From assembly GCA_048883105.1 (NCBI GenBank), contig JBHLQY010000005.1:1-57284 (forward strand): a DNA stretch of 57,284 nt, in the 5' to 3' direction. The notes below the pieces were generated by a model. The model had not been told where the DNA came from and searched no databases. It saw nothing but the letters and a program-made list of their open reading frames with translations. The position numbers and the translations under genes are program-made. Of the stretch, positions 19,281 to 29,331 are shown piece after piece. The DNA comes from Candidatus Thorarchaeota archaeon. Its GTDB lineage: Archaea > Asgardarchaeota > Lokiarchaeia > Sigyniarchaeales > SOKP01. Positions within the stretch are counted from its first letter, which is position 1; each line of letters starts with the position of its first letter.

Positions 19281-19760
19281 TCAATAAGCATTTTTTGTAT
19301 TTATTATTACATTGTCAACATCGAAATGCCTAAGAACTAATTCCTTAATTTTTCTGATCATTGACCCATCCTTTCCAATAGCTTTTCCGCGATCTTGAGG
19401 TCGAACCGTGATAATAACCGTTTTCTTTTGGTTTTTACTCTCCTTTATTTCAATATTTTGAACTTTTATTGAATTTTTTGTCGTATTTAAGATAAATTGG
19501 ATGAATTCTTCAAGATCCTCAGAAAAGGGAATTACATCAATCTTCTTTTGCAATTTACTCATCAAATCTTTAACGTGCTCTCCATTTTTTCCAATTGCTT
19601 TTCCAACATCTTGCTTTTTTACTAAGAAAATTATAATTTCCCCGTAATTTTCAGGAGATTTAAACACCAAGCAATCTTTAATTATGGCACCAGAGATATT
19701 ATTAAAAAGTGAAATGAGTTCCATTGAAGATCTGTCAATCTTAATATTTTTCTTTAACAT
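19281..19760 (-). CDS. nusA: Archaeal NusA (two KH domains)
   Basis: Two GKAIGKxG motifs; between L30e and S12. Confidence 0.95.
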   Translation of the reverse strand: MLKKNIKIDRSSMELISLFNNISGAIIKDCLVFKSPENYGEIIIFLVKKQDVGKAIGKNGEHVKDLMSKLQKKIDVIPFSEDLEEFIQFILNTTKNSIKVQNIEIKESKNQKKTVIITVRPQDRGKAIGKDGSMIRKIKELVLRHFDVDNVIINTKNAY

Positions 19761-19788
19761 TTTTTAAATTTCCAGTGAGACATTACTT

Positions 19789-20166
19789 TTAATTTGATTT
19801 TAACCTTAATAAATCAGAATCTCCAGGATCAATTATACCCATTACTGAAATCATATAGGGTTTAGCACAAGCTAATCCCAGTTCCCAACTAGAACCTTTA
19901 TATTTATAAATGAAAACTTTGTTTTTCATAAAAGAATTATAGTAAAATAATTGATTTTCTAATTCTTTAGGACAGTTATCAGCAATTATTAACATTTTAA
20001 ATGGATTTTGCCTTAGTTCTTTTAGTACCTGCTTTTTACCAAAAATGATTTTCCCAGTCTTATAAGCAACTTTAATATTGGTATCTATATCAAATTCTTT
20101 TATTTTCTTACGCGATATATCCATTTTACTAGCAACTGGTTGGCTTTTCTTTTTTTTCCGTGCCAT
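19789..20166 (-). CDS. rpl30e: Ribosomal protein L30e
   Basis: TGKIIFG, ADNCP, GSSWELGLAC, DPGDS. Confidence 0.96.
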   Translation of the reverse strand: MARKKKKSQPVASKMDISRKKIKEFDIDTNIKVAYKTGKIIFGKKQVLKELRQNPFKMLIIADNCPKELENQLFYYNSFMKNKVFIYKYKGSSWELGLACAKPYMISVMGIIDPGDSDLLRLKSN

Positions 20167-20183
20167 TTCTTTTTCCGTGCCAT
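20150..20183 (-). repeat. 17-bp tandem duplication of the rpl30e start region
   Basis: Minus strand ATGGCACGGAAAAAGAA followed by ATGGCACGGAAAAAAAA. Confidence 0.85.
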
Positions 20184-20306
20184 TAATAGTTGTTATCTAC
20201 GTTAATTAATTAATAAAAGTATATAATTATTTTAATTTTTATGTAAATTTCTGCTATTGGATTTTTTTTTTTAATTTCTAAATATAGAATAAAAATTATA
20301 ATAAAT

Positions 20307-21500
20307 TCATTTTTTCTTTTTTAATATCTCTAAGTTAGCGTCAAGATCGAACATAATCTGAGTGCGACCTGTTCCTATGGGACATACCTGTCCAATTATG
20401 ACATTTTCTGGAATGCCAAGCAATCTTTCTTCTTCTCCATATAATCCAGCATCGAGTAACTGATTTACAGTAACTTCAAACGCGGCTCGAGCAAATACGC
20501 TCGATTTGGAACCAGAAATGCCATGTCTACCAATTGATTGAATAGTACCAGTTGTACACATCAAATCTGATAAAATTAGAAGATGGCGTAAATCTACATC
20601 TAAACCTTGTTGTTCTAGCACTTTTTGAGATTCTTTAATAATCATATTTCGTGCAGCTTCTATGCCATATAATTTCTCAACTTCATGAATATGATTGGAA
20701 ACCGTCCTTGTCGCATCTACTCCATCAATTTGAACTACTCCTTGAAGATTTGTGCCTTCCGTCTTAATTACCCATTCGAGATTATCATCAGATGGAGTTA
20801 ATAAGCCTCTTTTAACACCTCTAATACCCTTAACTACTTTTTTTAAAATTTTCTCCCGCATTTTTTGAAGGCTTTGCAAATCTTCAATACCGGGGTCAAT
20901 TATCACTGAATTTCCTTCTCGTTTAATTGTGCCCTTCTTTTTGTAACGTTTTAAAATTTCAGGAATTTCATCGATATCTATTCCTTTCTTCTCACAAATC
21001 TCAGGTATTAAATTTATCACTATGCTCCAGTTCACAAAATCTAAATCTACATCATGAGTGATTTGTTCTATCCTAATTTGCTCAATACGATTATGAACTT
21101 TTATTGCTGTCTCTTCAGATTCACTAAAACCAGATTCTAAAAATATTTCCATTTGTGGCGTACTAGGAAAACGTCTAGCATCAACAATCTCGATGAGGCG
21201 AGGAAGTCCTTGAGTTACGGAGAATTCTTCTACGCCTGCGTAATGAAATGTCCTCAATGTCATTTGAGTTCCAGGTTCACCAATTGATTGTGCTGCTACA
21301 GTTCCAACTGGTTCTGAAGTTTCTACAATTGCATTATTAAAATTAATGTAAATCTTATTTAATAAATATTCTAACTGTTCTTCCTCTAAATCTTCACTTT
21401 TTACTTTATCTCTAATTTTTTCAATTAAATCTTCTGGTATTCCATCATCTTGTAATTCTTTCAATTTTTCTTCTAAAATTTTAGGAGTGATTTTTACCAT
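20307..21500 (-). CDS. rpoA2: RNA polymerase subunit Rpo1C (A'')
   Basis: [36 protein letters not shown]. Confidence 0.99.
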   Translation of the reverse strand: MVKITPKILEEKLKELQDDGIPEDLIEKIRDKVKSEDLEEEQLEYLLNKIYINFNNAIVETSEPVGTVAAQSIGEPGTQMTLRTFHYAGVEEFSVTQGLPRLIEIVDARRFPSTPQMEIFLESGFSESEETAIKVHNRIEQIRIEQITHDVDLDFVNWSIVINLIPEICEKKGIDIDEIPEILKRYKKKGTIKREGNSVIIDPGIEDLQSLQKMREKILKKVVKGIRGVKRGLLTPSDDNLEWVIKTEGTNLQGVVQIDGVDATRTVSNHIHEVEKLYGIEAARNMIIKESQKVLEQQGLDVDLRHLLILSDLMCTTGTIQSIGRHGISGSKSSVFARAAFEVTVNQLLDAGLYGEEERLLGIPENVIIGQVCPIGTGRTQIMFDLDANLEILKKKK

Positions 21501-21526
21501 TTCTTAACTACCTCAATTTTTTTTAG

Positions 21527-24460
21527 CTACTTACCAATTTTTTCTTTTTTCCATTCTTTGTACGCTTTCGTTAATTTTCCTCTCCAAATAGCATTTTTTC
21601 CAGTCTCTTTTTTGTATCGCTCTTGTAAAATTTCATCATCTTTAGATTTTGGAACCTTTTTCTTTGGTGGCTTTTTCGCAGGAACCTTTTTCTTTGGTGG
21701 CTTTTTCGCAGGAACCTTTTTCTTTGGAATTTTCTTAATTTCTTCTCGTATTTTATTAACATCAAGCGATTTTGCTTTAAGTAATAATACATCCAAATTA
21801 ACAGCATTGCCATGATCAGTGTGCATTGGATCTATACCATCATCTCCAAAATCATATTGAATAATATTTTTGTCTGAATTCCGGACAGTACCATCGTTCT
21901 CAATAACAAGGTCTTGAAGTGCATTAACTAATCTCCGTTGCATATAACCACTTGTGGAAGTCCTTACTGCAGTATCCACTAAACCTTCACGTCCACCCAT
22001 TGCATGAAAGAAGAATTCTTCTGGCTTTAATCCATTTCTGTATGAAGAGGATACAAATCCTCGTGATTTGGGACTAAGATCATTAATTTTAAAATGAGGC
22101 AGTGTTCTTTGAGAATATCCTCGATTAATTCTTTCGCCTCTGATTGCTTGTTGTCCAACCACAGCAGACATTTGTCCTAAATTTAAAATATTTCCACGAG
22201 CTCCAGATTTTGTCATTATAACAGAATGGGCTTCATCTCCAATATAATGTGCTGCAATTTCCTCTGCTTTCTTACGAGCTTCAGCTAAAACTTGTCTAAT
22301 TCTTAGTTCTAGAGTTTCTCTCATTGTCCGCCCGGGAGCTCTTTTCAATATTTTTGTATTATTATTATGAAAAGCTGTTATCAACCTGCCAGATTTTTTA
22401 TTGGCTTCATTCAATATATTTTGAATTGCTACAAATGCTTCTCCTTTTACATAAACTTCATCTAAACCCATAGTCATTCCATTTTTGCGTATTACGTAGA
22501 GAAGCATTTTGGTTGCATTATCTAGAAATTCTCGCCCTCTTGCGTTACCATGATCTTTTATTATTCTTTGTAAAATACTATTTGATTGCATTGCTCCAAA
22601 TGAATTTTCATCTATCGTGCCTGATATTAATTCTCCATTTTTAATCATTACATAAGCATCATAAGGACAATTTAATTCTTGACATTCTTCACCTTCTTTT
22701 GTATAACATTTCTTACAAAACTTTGATCTTACACGTAAGTTTAAATCATTAGGGAAAAGAGTGCTAAAAATTTGTTTGCCAGAATACATTGACTTAGGAT
22801 CTGTTATTACAGGTTCTAAATGATCTAAAGTAAAATTAGGGTTACTCTCGTAGACTCCTCCTTTATATAACAATTTCAAAGTATCTTTTTTATTAAACAT
22901 CGTATCTATGCTTGTGAATTGAAAAACGCTTGAAATAAAATCTTGAATGCCTCCTAATATTGGCCCGCCAAATCGAGGAGATAAGATATGTTCTTGAACT
23001 TTAAGCAGCATTTCCGCCTCTGTTCGAGCTTCTTCACTTTGAGGAACGTGTAAATTCATTTCATCACCATCGAAATCAGCATTGTAAGGAGGGCATACTG
23101 TTAAATTTAGCCTAAATGTTTTTCCATCCATTATTTTTACCTCGTGCGCCATAATTGACATTCTATGGAGAGAAGGTTGGCGATTAAATAAAACTAAATC
23201 ACCATTATTTAAATGCCGTTCAACTGTAAATCCCGGCGCAATCATATCAGCAATTAATTTTCTATTTTTTACATAGCGGAGATCAATTCTCCTACGATCG
23301 TTCCTGATTATATAATTTGCCCCTGGATGTCTATTAGGACCATTCAAAATTAATTGTTTCATTTCTTCAATATTCCAATCGTTTACATTAGTTGGAATCG
23401 TTAAAATTTTTGCTACGTCCTTTGGAACTCCGACATCATTTATGCTTATATAGGGATTAGGAGATATAACGCTTCTCGCTGAAAAATCAACTCTTTTCCC
23501 GCTTAGATTACTTCTAAATCTTCCTTCTTTACCTTTCAATCTTTGAGTCAAGGTTCTTAGCGCTCTGCCCGAACGATGTCTAGCAGGTGGGATTCCAGAA
23601 ACTTGATTATCAAAATAGGTTGTAATATGATATTGTAGTAATTCCCACAAATCTTCTACTATTAAGTGCGGAGCTCCAGCATCAATATTTTCTCTTAATC
23701 TTTGATTAATCCGAATAACATCGACTAGTTTATGAGTTAAATCGTCTTCGGACCGAATTCCACTATCTAAAGTAATTGAAGGTCTTGCGCATACGGGAGG
23801 TATAGGTAATACAATAAAAATAACCCATTCTAGTCGAGCATTTTCTGGTGAAATACCTAATATCCTCAAATCGGTGTCGCTTATTTTTTTAAGGCGCTCT
23901 AGAATCTCAATAGGTGTTAATCTCCGAGAACCTTTATTTTCCTCTTCTTCGTAAAAAGTGGTTGGTTTTTCAATTACTATTTTTTTCTTAGTTGCACTGC
24001 AGTGAGGACAAATTTTTGTTTTTCTCGCTTTTTTAAATACAAGTTTAGTAAAATCTTCATCTCCCTCAAAAAACATCTTTCGATGCTTTAATTGTTCATC
24101 CCAAAATCGCGTCTTATCCTCTTCTGAAAGCATTAATTTAGAACATTCTGGACAGATTGATCTTAGAACTTTCAAAACTTTTTTTGCATAGCCTACGTGA
24201 ATAACAGGGCGGGCAAGTTCGATATGTCCGAAATGCCCCATACAATTAGAAACAAGATTGCCACAAGTTTGACATCTTTGACCAGGTTCAATAGTACCTA
24301 ATCTCTGATCCATAAGTCCAGAAGGAATAGGTAAACCATCTTCATCATAAGTATCTGCTGTAATTATTCTTGCAGCAGACATTTTACGAATTTCATCCGG
24401 AGATAATAAGCCAAACTTAATTTTCTCAATCATTTTAGTTCGGCTAAAAGTATAACTCAT
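21527..24460 (-). CDS. rpoA1: RNA polymerase subunit Rpo1N (A') with basic C-terminal extension
   Basis: GHFGHIELARP, NRQPSLH, YNADFDGDEMN, GGREGLVDTAV. Confidence 0.99.
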   Translation of the reverse strand: MSYTFSRTKMIEKIKFGLLSPDEIRKMSAARIITADTYDEDGLPIPSGLMDQRLGTIEPGQRCQTCGNLVSNCMGHFGHIELARPVIHVGYAKKVLKVLRSICPECSKLMLSEEDKTRFWDEQLKHRKMFFEGDEDFTKLVFKKARKTKICPHCSATKKKIVIEKPTTFYEEEENKGSRRLTPIEILERLKKISDTDLRILGISPENARLEWVIFIVLPIPPVCARPSITLDSGIRSEDDLTHKLVDVIRINQRLRENIDAGAPHLIVEDLWELLQYHITTYFDNQVSGIPPARHRSGRALRTLTQRLKGKEGRFRSNLSGKRVDFSARSVISPNPYISINDVGVPKDVAKILTIPTNVNDWNIEEMKQLILNGPNRHPGANYIIRNDRRRIDLRYVKNRKLIADMIAPGFTVERHLNNGDLVLFNRQPSLHRMSIMAHEVKIMDGKTFRLNLTVCPPYNADFDGDEMNLHVPQSEEARTEAEMLLKVQEHILSPRFGGPILGGIQDFISSVFQFTSIDTMFNKKDTLKLLYKGGVYESNPNFTLDHLEPVITDPKSMYSGKQIFSTLFPNDLNLRVRSKFCKKCYTKEGEECQELNCPYDAYVMIKNGELISGTIDENSFGAMQSNSILQRIIKDHGNARGREFLDNATKMLLYVIRKNGMTMGLDEVYVKGEAFVAIQNILNEANKKSGRLITAFHNNNTKILKRAPGRTMRETLELRIRQVLAEARKKAEEIAAHYIGDEAHSVIMTKSGARGNILNLGQMSAVVGQQAIRGERINRGYSQRTLPHFKINDLSPKSRGFVSSSYRNGLKPEEFFFHAMGGREGLVDTAVRTSTSGYMQRRLVNALQDLVIENDGTVRNSDKNIIQYDFGDDGIDPMHTDHGNAVNLDVLLLKAKSLDVNKIREEIKKIPKKKVPAKKPPKKKVPAKKPPKKKVPKSKDDEILQERYKKETGKNAIWRGKLTKAYKEWKKEKIGK
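21651..21727 (-). repeat. Perfect 30-bp coding tandem repeat (~2.6 units) encoding PKKKVPAKKP
   Basis: + strand GGAACCTTTTTCTTTGGTGGCTTTTTCGCA at 21651 and 21681, partial copy at 21711. Confidence 0.97.
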
Positions 24461-24734
24461 AAAACAATACCATCCTATATTATTATTATAAATTGTTATT
24501 AGTTATTTCTCTATTCGATTCTATGTCTCGCAATCGAAGAAAATTCTCTCTTATACTTTTAAAATAATAAACAACGAAAGAATAAGTTAACAAAATTTCC
24601 ACTGTAAATTACTTAATACTTCAAAAAATAAAAAATTTTTGGTTTTCGTATTTTAATTAGTTAGAAATTTGGGTATAATAAAGCGTAAATTAATGAAAAA
24701 TTATTTTTATTTTTTTTTATTTAATTAATTTATA

Positions 24735-25343
24735 ATGGATAAACTTGGAATAATCTTTAAAACTAAGATAATCAATTTTATTATTCAGATTTCTATTTTA
24801 AGCTTATTAATATATCTCTTTGATTATAGATATAATATAAATTTTGATATAGATATTTCAGATGAACGCAGGATTATTATTCAATTCATTGCTAATTACA
24901 TTTTTTTTAACTTAAATGATTTGTCTAGTCTATTTTTTATTTTTATATCATGGATGGTTGTTTCTTTGATTCCAATTTTTAATTTTGATGATTATAAAAA
25001 ATCTTATTCTATGAATTTAACAACATTTTTCTTTCCAAATTTCTTTTTTTACGTGTTCTTATACAGACATTCTCCAAATTATTTTAATTCACATTTCCAG
25101 ATCCTTTTTACTCAAACTGTTTTTCTTGGTCTTTTTATCGCGTTTTTTTCATTAGGACTCACTTTTATATTAAAAAAAATTAAAATACCCTCTGATATAA
25201 CTAAATTTGAAGATCTAAAGCTCATAGTACTAGAAAATAAAATTAAGTGTCCCTCTTGTGGAATTGAATATAATTCCATTCCTAAATATTGTTATAACTG
25301 TTCTAAAGAACTAATATTAGATGGTGTTGGCAATGACGAATAA
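24735..25343 (+). CDS. Multi-pass membrane protein with C-terminal zinc ribbon
   Basis: About four hydrophobic segments; CPSCG...YCYNC. Confidence 0.75.
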   Translation: MDKLGIIFKTKIINFIIQISILSLLIYLFDYRYNINFDIDISDERRIIIQFIANYIFFNLNDLSSLFFIFISWMVVSLIPIFNFDDYKKSYSMNLTTFFFPNFFFYVFLYRHSPNYFNSHFQILFTQTVFLGLFIAFFSLGLTFILKKIKIPSDITKFEDLKLIVLENKIKCPSCGIEYNSIPKYCYNCSKELILDGVGNDE

Positions 25344-26808
25344 CAATAAAATTAAATCTTTGGATTTTCTCTTTAAACCTCAAAATGTTGTTATTTTCGA
25401 AGCAAAAGAGAAATTTTCTTATTTCGTGGAAGGATTTAAAACCCAAGGATTTAATTTAAACAATCTGTATTTAATTAACCCATCGGAAAAGGAATTATTT
25501 GGCATTAAATGCTATAAGTCTATTAAAGATGTACCAATAGATACTATTGATCTTTTAATCTTTACCATAAGAAGGGAAAATCTAATTCAATCTTTGAATG
25601 AGATTTTAAAACAAAAAGAAATAAAATTCATTCATTTTTTTACAGCTGGAACAGGAGAATTTGATGAATTTGGAAGAGAAATAGAAAATCAAATAAAAAA
25701 AATTTTAGATTCTAAAGAGATTAATACTCAAGCAATCGGGCCAAATTGCATGGGAGTCTATTGTCCAAGTGGAAAAAACGCGTATCTATCATTTTTTCCC
25801 ACAGAAAGTGGAAATATTGGATTAATTTTTCATTCTGGTGATTTACATTCGAGAACAATAATATATGGAGCTATTAGATATAACCTTAGGTTTTCTAAGG
25901 GAGTTAGTGTAGGTAATTGCGTAAATTTACAAATCTCAGATTTTTTAGAATATTTTAACCAAGATGATGAAACAAATATAATATGTATATATTTCGAAGG
26001 TTTCACACCCTATAAAAGGTTAGAAGGAAGAAAATTATTTAATTTATTGAAAAATATTAAAAAACCTGTTCTATTTTTAAGAGGGGGTAAAACTCAGCGA
26101 GGTCAGTCAGCAGTGATAACACACACGGGCTCTTTGGGAACAGAAAGTAAAATCTGGCAAGCGATATATAAACAAACATCGCTTATTGAAGTTAGAAGCT
26201 CTTTAGATGAATTAATCGATTATTTATACATTTTTTACGAATTTTACAAAAACAAGAGTAGTTTATCGTTAGAAGAACAAATAAGTCTATATCCAAAAGG
26301 AAAAAGAGTTCTCACAATTACTTGGTCTGGAGGGATGGGTGTAATAGATGTTGATTGCTTAACAGGATTAGAACTTGACATGCCAATATTTAAGGGTAAA
26401 ACGAAAGAAAAATTATTGGAAGCACATCCCAATTTTAAGGTAGGTTCTCTTTCCAATCCATTAGACTTACCTTGGATTTCATCATCGAAAGAATACCTTG
26501 ATATTTGTAAAGCTGCAATTGCGGAAGATATAGATCTTGTAATGGTATATAAAGATGCAGATCGTCAGAATGACGAGCGCTCCAAACGGAGATATGATAA
26601 TTTAATAAAAATAAAAGAATATATTGAGTCTTTAAACAAAATTCTTGTTATTATTATGCCTGAATATCCCAATAGAATTAGAACCAAATATTTTAAAAAA
26701 CTTATTAAAGATGGTTTTATGGTATATCCTGATATTCGAAGGGCAGCAAAATCTTTTTTAGCTCTATATAATTATGGAAGAAAAATTAAAATCCTGAATA
26801 AGAAATAA
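25333..26808 (+). CDS. ADP-forming acyl-CoA synthetase alpha-subunit-like CoA-binding protein
   Basis: IGPNCMG, SVGN, phospho-His motif THTGSL, NPLD; start at ATG 25333 after GGTG. Confidence 0.88.
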   Translation: MTNNNKIKSLDFLFKPQNVVIFEAKEKFSYFVEGFKTQGFNLNNLYLINPSEKELFGIKCYKSIKDVPIDTIDLLIFTIRRENLIQSLNEILKQKEIKFIHFFTAGTGEFDEFGREIENQIKKILDSKEINTQAIGPNCMGVYCPSGKNAYLSFFPTESGNIGLIFHSGDLHSRTIIYGAIRYNLRFSKGVSVGNCVNLQISDFLEYFNQDDETNIICIYFEGFTPYKRLEGRKLFNLLKNIKKPVLFLRGGKTQRGQSAVITHTGSLGTESKIWQAIYKQTSLIEVRSSLDELIDYLYIFYEFYKNKSSLSLEEQISLYPKGKRVLTITWSGGMGVIDVDCLTGLELDMPIFKGKTKEKLLEAHPNFKVGSLSNPLDLPWISSSKEYLDICKAAIAEDIDLVMVYKDADRQNDERSKRRYDNLIKIKEYIESLNKILVIIMPEYPNRIRTKYFKKLIKDGFMVYPDIRRAAKSFLALYNYGRKIKILNKK

Positions 26809-26852
26809 GTTAAGGAAATTGGTTAATCATCTCCAATTTAATACTTAACTTA
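26806..26852. terminator. Stem-loop at the 3' end of the acyl-CoA synthetase gene
   Basis: TAAGTTAAG/CTTAACTTA plus AAATTGG/CCAATTT inverted repeats; function inferred from position only. Confidence 0.4.
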
Positions 26853-27054
26853 GGATATATGATTGTTATTGTCGTTAATCTATTAAAGGATTTTTGATAA
26901 TTTTAAGGCTAATTTTAAATTATAGCCTCGATGAGAGATTAAAGCTAATAATTAGATATCTTATCTTATAATTTATGATAAGTATCAATAAAAACGATAT
27001 AAATATAAATAATTTAAATTATACAAATTATATATCGGAATGTGAGATCTATCA

Positions 27055-28359
27055 ATGGAAAGAGAGCAAATTTTTTGGAAACTCTTCGGCAAGAATCTCA
27101 TAAGCTTTAAGAGATTAAAGAACGGTGAATTATTAGGTACAGGCCTTCTTAACCCACTTCTTGAAAAGATACGCTTATTGCGCTTGTTCATTATGCTTTA
27201 TTATCAGAGTAAGTTTTATAAAAATTATTCTAATCTTGGAATGTGGAAGGGGAAGATAGTCTCAAACACGTTTGCCCCTCCAGTTGGAAGTCGCCCTATG
27301 TTTCGAGCGCTTAAAAATTTAATAAAGTCCTATTTAATAGGTTATCCTTTTCCTGTTGCAATGACCTTTGCAGTTACTTATAGATGTCAGTGTAAATGTG
27401 TTCATTGTAGCGCTGGAAGGCATTTAAGAAAAGATAGATCGGAACTCACTACAGAAGAGGCAAAAAAACTCATAGATGTGAGTCAAGATCTAGGTGTGAC
27501 TATTATCGCTTTTACTGGGGGAGAACCCCTATTACGGGAGGACATTTTCGAACTCATTTCTTATGTGGATAAACGAAAGGCTTTACCCATTATGTTTACA
27601 AATGGTTTATTACTCACAAATGAAAATGTAGAAAAATTAGTCGATGCAGGTCTGTATTCTCTATTTGTAAGTATTGATAGTCCATCTCCTAAGGAGCATA
27701 ATAGTTTAAGGGGGATGCCGGGACTTTTTGAGTCTGCTATGAATGGACTCCAGAAAATAAAATCAAAAGGAGTATTTGTTGGGCTCTCTTCTTATGCAAC
27801 ACGCTCTGCTACTATAAATGGAATGTATAAGAAAATGTATAACTTGGCACAAGAACTCGGTACTAAGAATTTGATCCTTTTTGATTGTGTTCCACCAGCA
27901 ACTAATTTGAAAGATACAAGTGAGCTGCTTACCCCAGAGCAGCGTGAAGAAATTTATAAATTTTCTGCTGAGATATTCAGACAGAAGAAAGTTCCTCCTC
28001 TTTCCTCCTCACCGTGGATTGAGAACTCTGTGGAATCATATCTCGGAGGTATGGGGTGCCTAGCAGCAAATATTCAGTATTATGTTTCTGCTTATGGAGA
28101 TGTTGCACCCTGCGATTTTACACCTCTTTCTTTTGGAAACATTCGTACTGAAACTTTAAAGAAGATCTGGATGAGAATGATACGTCACCCTGCCTTCAAT
28201 CACAGAACGGTGTTTTGTAGGATGCAACATTCGAAATTCCGCCACTTTTATATCGATTCAATCCCTGATAATGCAATACTTCCGTATAGCATTAATAGGC
28301 TTCCGAAGGTGGACTATCGAAAAGAAAAGATTCTTGAAATATCAAAAAAAATACTTTAG
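27055..28359 (+). CDS. Radical SAM protein with SPASM/twitch domain
   Basis: CQCKCVHC, FTGGEPL, GCLAA...GDVAPC. Confidence 0.93.
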   Translation: MEREQIFWKLFGKNLISFKRLKNGELLGTGLLNPLLEKIRLLRLFIMLYYQSKFYKNYSNLGMWKGKIVSNTFAPPVGSRPMFRALKNLIKSYLIGYPFPVAMTFAVTYRCQCKCVHCSAGRHLRKDRSELTTEEAKKLIDVSQDLGVTIIAFTGGEPLLREDIFELISYVDKRKALPIMFTNGLLLTNENVEKLVDAGLYSLFVSIDSPSPKEHNSLRGMPGLFESAMNGLQKIKSKGVFVGLSSYATRSATINGMYKKMYNLAQELGTKNLILFDCVPPATNLKDTSELLTPEQREEIYKFSAEIFRQKKVPPLSSSPWIENSVESYLGGMGCLAANIQYYVSAYGDVAPCDFTPLSFGNIRTETLKKIWMRMIRHPAFNHRTVFCRMQHSKFRHFYIDSIPDNAILPYSINRLPKVDYRKEKILEISKKIL

Positions 28360-28523
28360 TTAATATTGTCTAGTACTAAAGCACGCTTTTACCCCTTACA
28401 TCCATCTGGGCAAAAATTAAGAATAATTGGAGAGATAAAATTTGAATAAAAATAGAAAAAAAAAAAAATTTTTAATATAGAAAAACGCCATCGAATGAAA
28501 TAATTAATCCGAATTAAAACTTT

Positions 28524-28730
28524 TTATACTAAACCAATGGCGATTTTCATATCTGCTTGTGTTACTTTCTTTCTACCGGAGTGTTTAGCAATGTCAAGAG
28601 CACAAGTCGTCAAATTTTTGGCATATTCTTCTAACCAATCCATTAGTTTATCTACTGCAGCTCGACTAACGATTTCAGCTCCAGCTTTTTTCATTAGGGC
28701 CCTTAAAGGACTCCATGCGAATGCGGCCAT
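28524..28730 (-). CDS. Archaeal histone (HMf-like)
   Basis: 68 aa; RxxKxAGAxxVS, AKHSGRKKV..D histone-fold motifs. Confidence 0.97.
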   Translation of the reverse strand: MAAFAWSPLRALMKKAGAEIVSRAAVDKLMDWLEEYAKNLTTCALDIAKHSGRKKVTQADMKIAIGLV

Positions 28731-29331
28731 TTTAACATTCCTCCACTAATATTTTTATTATTTTGATATTTTTTTATTAAGTTTTTACAACTTAATTATA
28801 TTTTATTTAGTATTTCTTATATATAAATGTGTTGTTTGGTTGTTAATAATCCGAATGTTATCTTCAATCGAATATGGTCGACAAAAAAAAACCTTAAAGA
28901 TAAAAAAAAAATTTTTTAATAGTTTATTCCGATCATTGGAGATGATCAAAAACTGAGGATTAATAAATCAGTTGTTGATCACTAGTTGGTAACTTCATTA
29001 TAAATCCACGAGAATTTAGAATGCTAATGTATAAACTGAAGTGGTTAATAATTTTTCGAATTGTATAACGTGATAAATCTTAAATTTTGAGCTCCTATGA
29101 GCCCTCGATTTTAAGATATAATATCTGATAAAAATGATTTTGTCGCTGAGTTTTAGAGCATTGTTATATTATATTAATTTTGTTATTGGTTGGTTAAGGA
29201 ACTATGTACAGAAAATCCTGGAATTTCTTTCACGATATCCCAATAATACAATTTCCGCTTATATTCGTCATTTTTGAAAACAATTATTTTTCATCTATTT
29301 TATTAATTCTTAAATTTATACTATAATTATA

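Noticed and set aside
21651-21727. 30-bp repeats as a CRISPR array
   Set aside because: The repeats are contiguous with no spacers and lie in frame within rpoA1.
24505-24545. Leader hairpin upstream of rpoA1 as a second BHB site
   Set aside because: It cannot be drawn with two 3-nt bulges around a 4-bp helix.
26806-26852. Hairpin as a lokiarchaeal SECIS element
   Set aside because: It lacks the AUGA/GA core at the helix base, and there is no Sec-containing ORF nearby.
27055-28359. Radical SAM gene as part of a RiPP cluster or mobile island
   Set aside because: It looks somewhat more GC-rich than its neighbours, but no precursor peptide, integrase or flanking repeats are visible.
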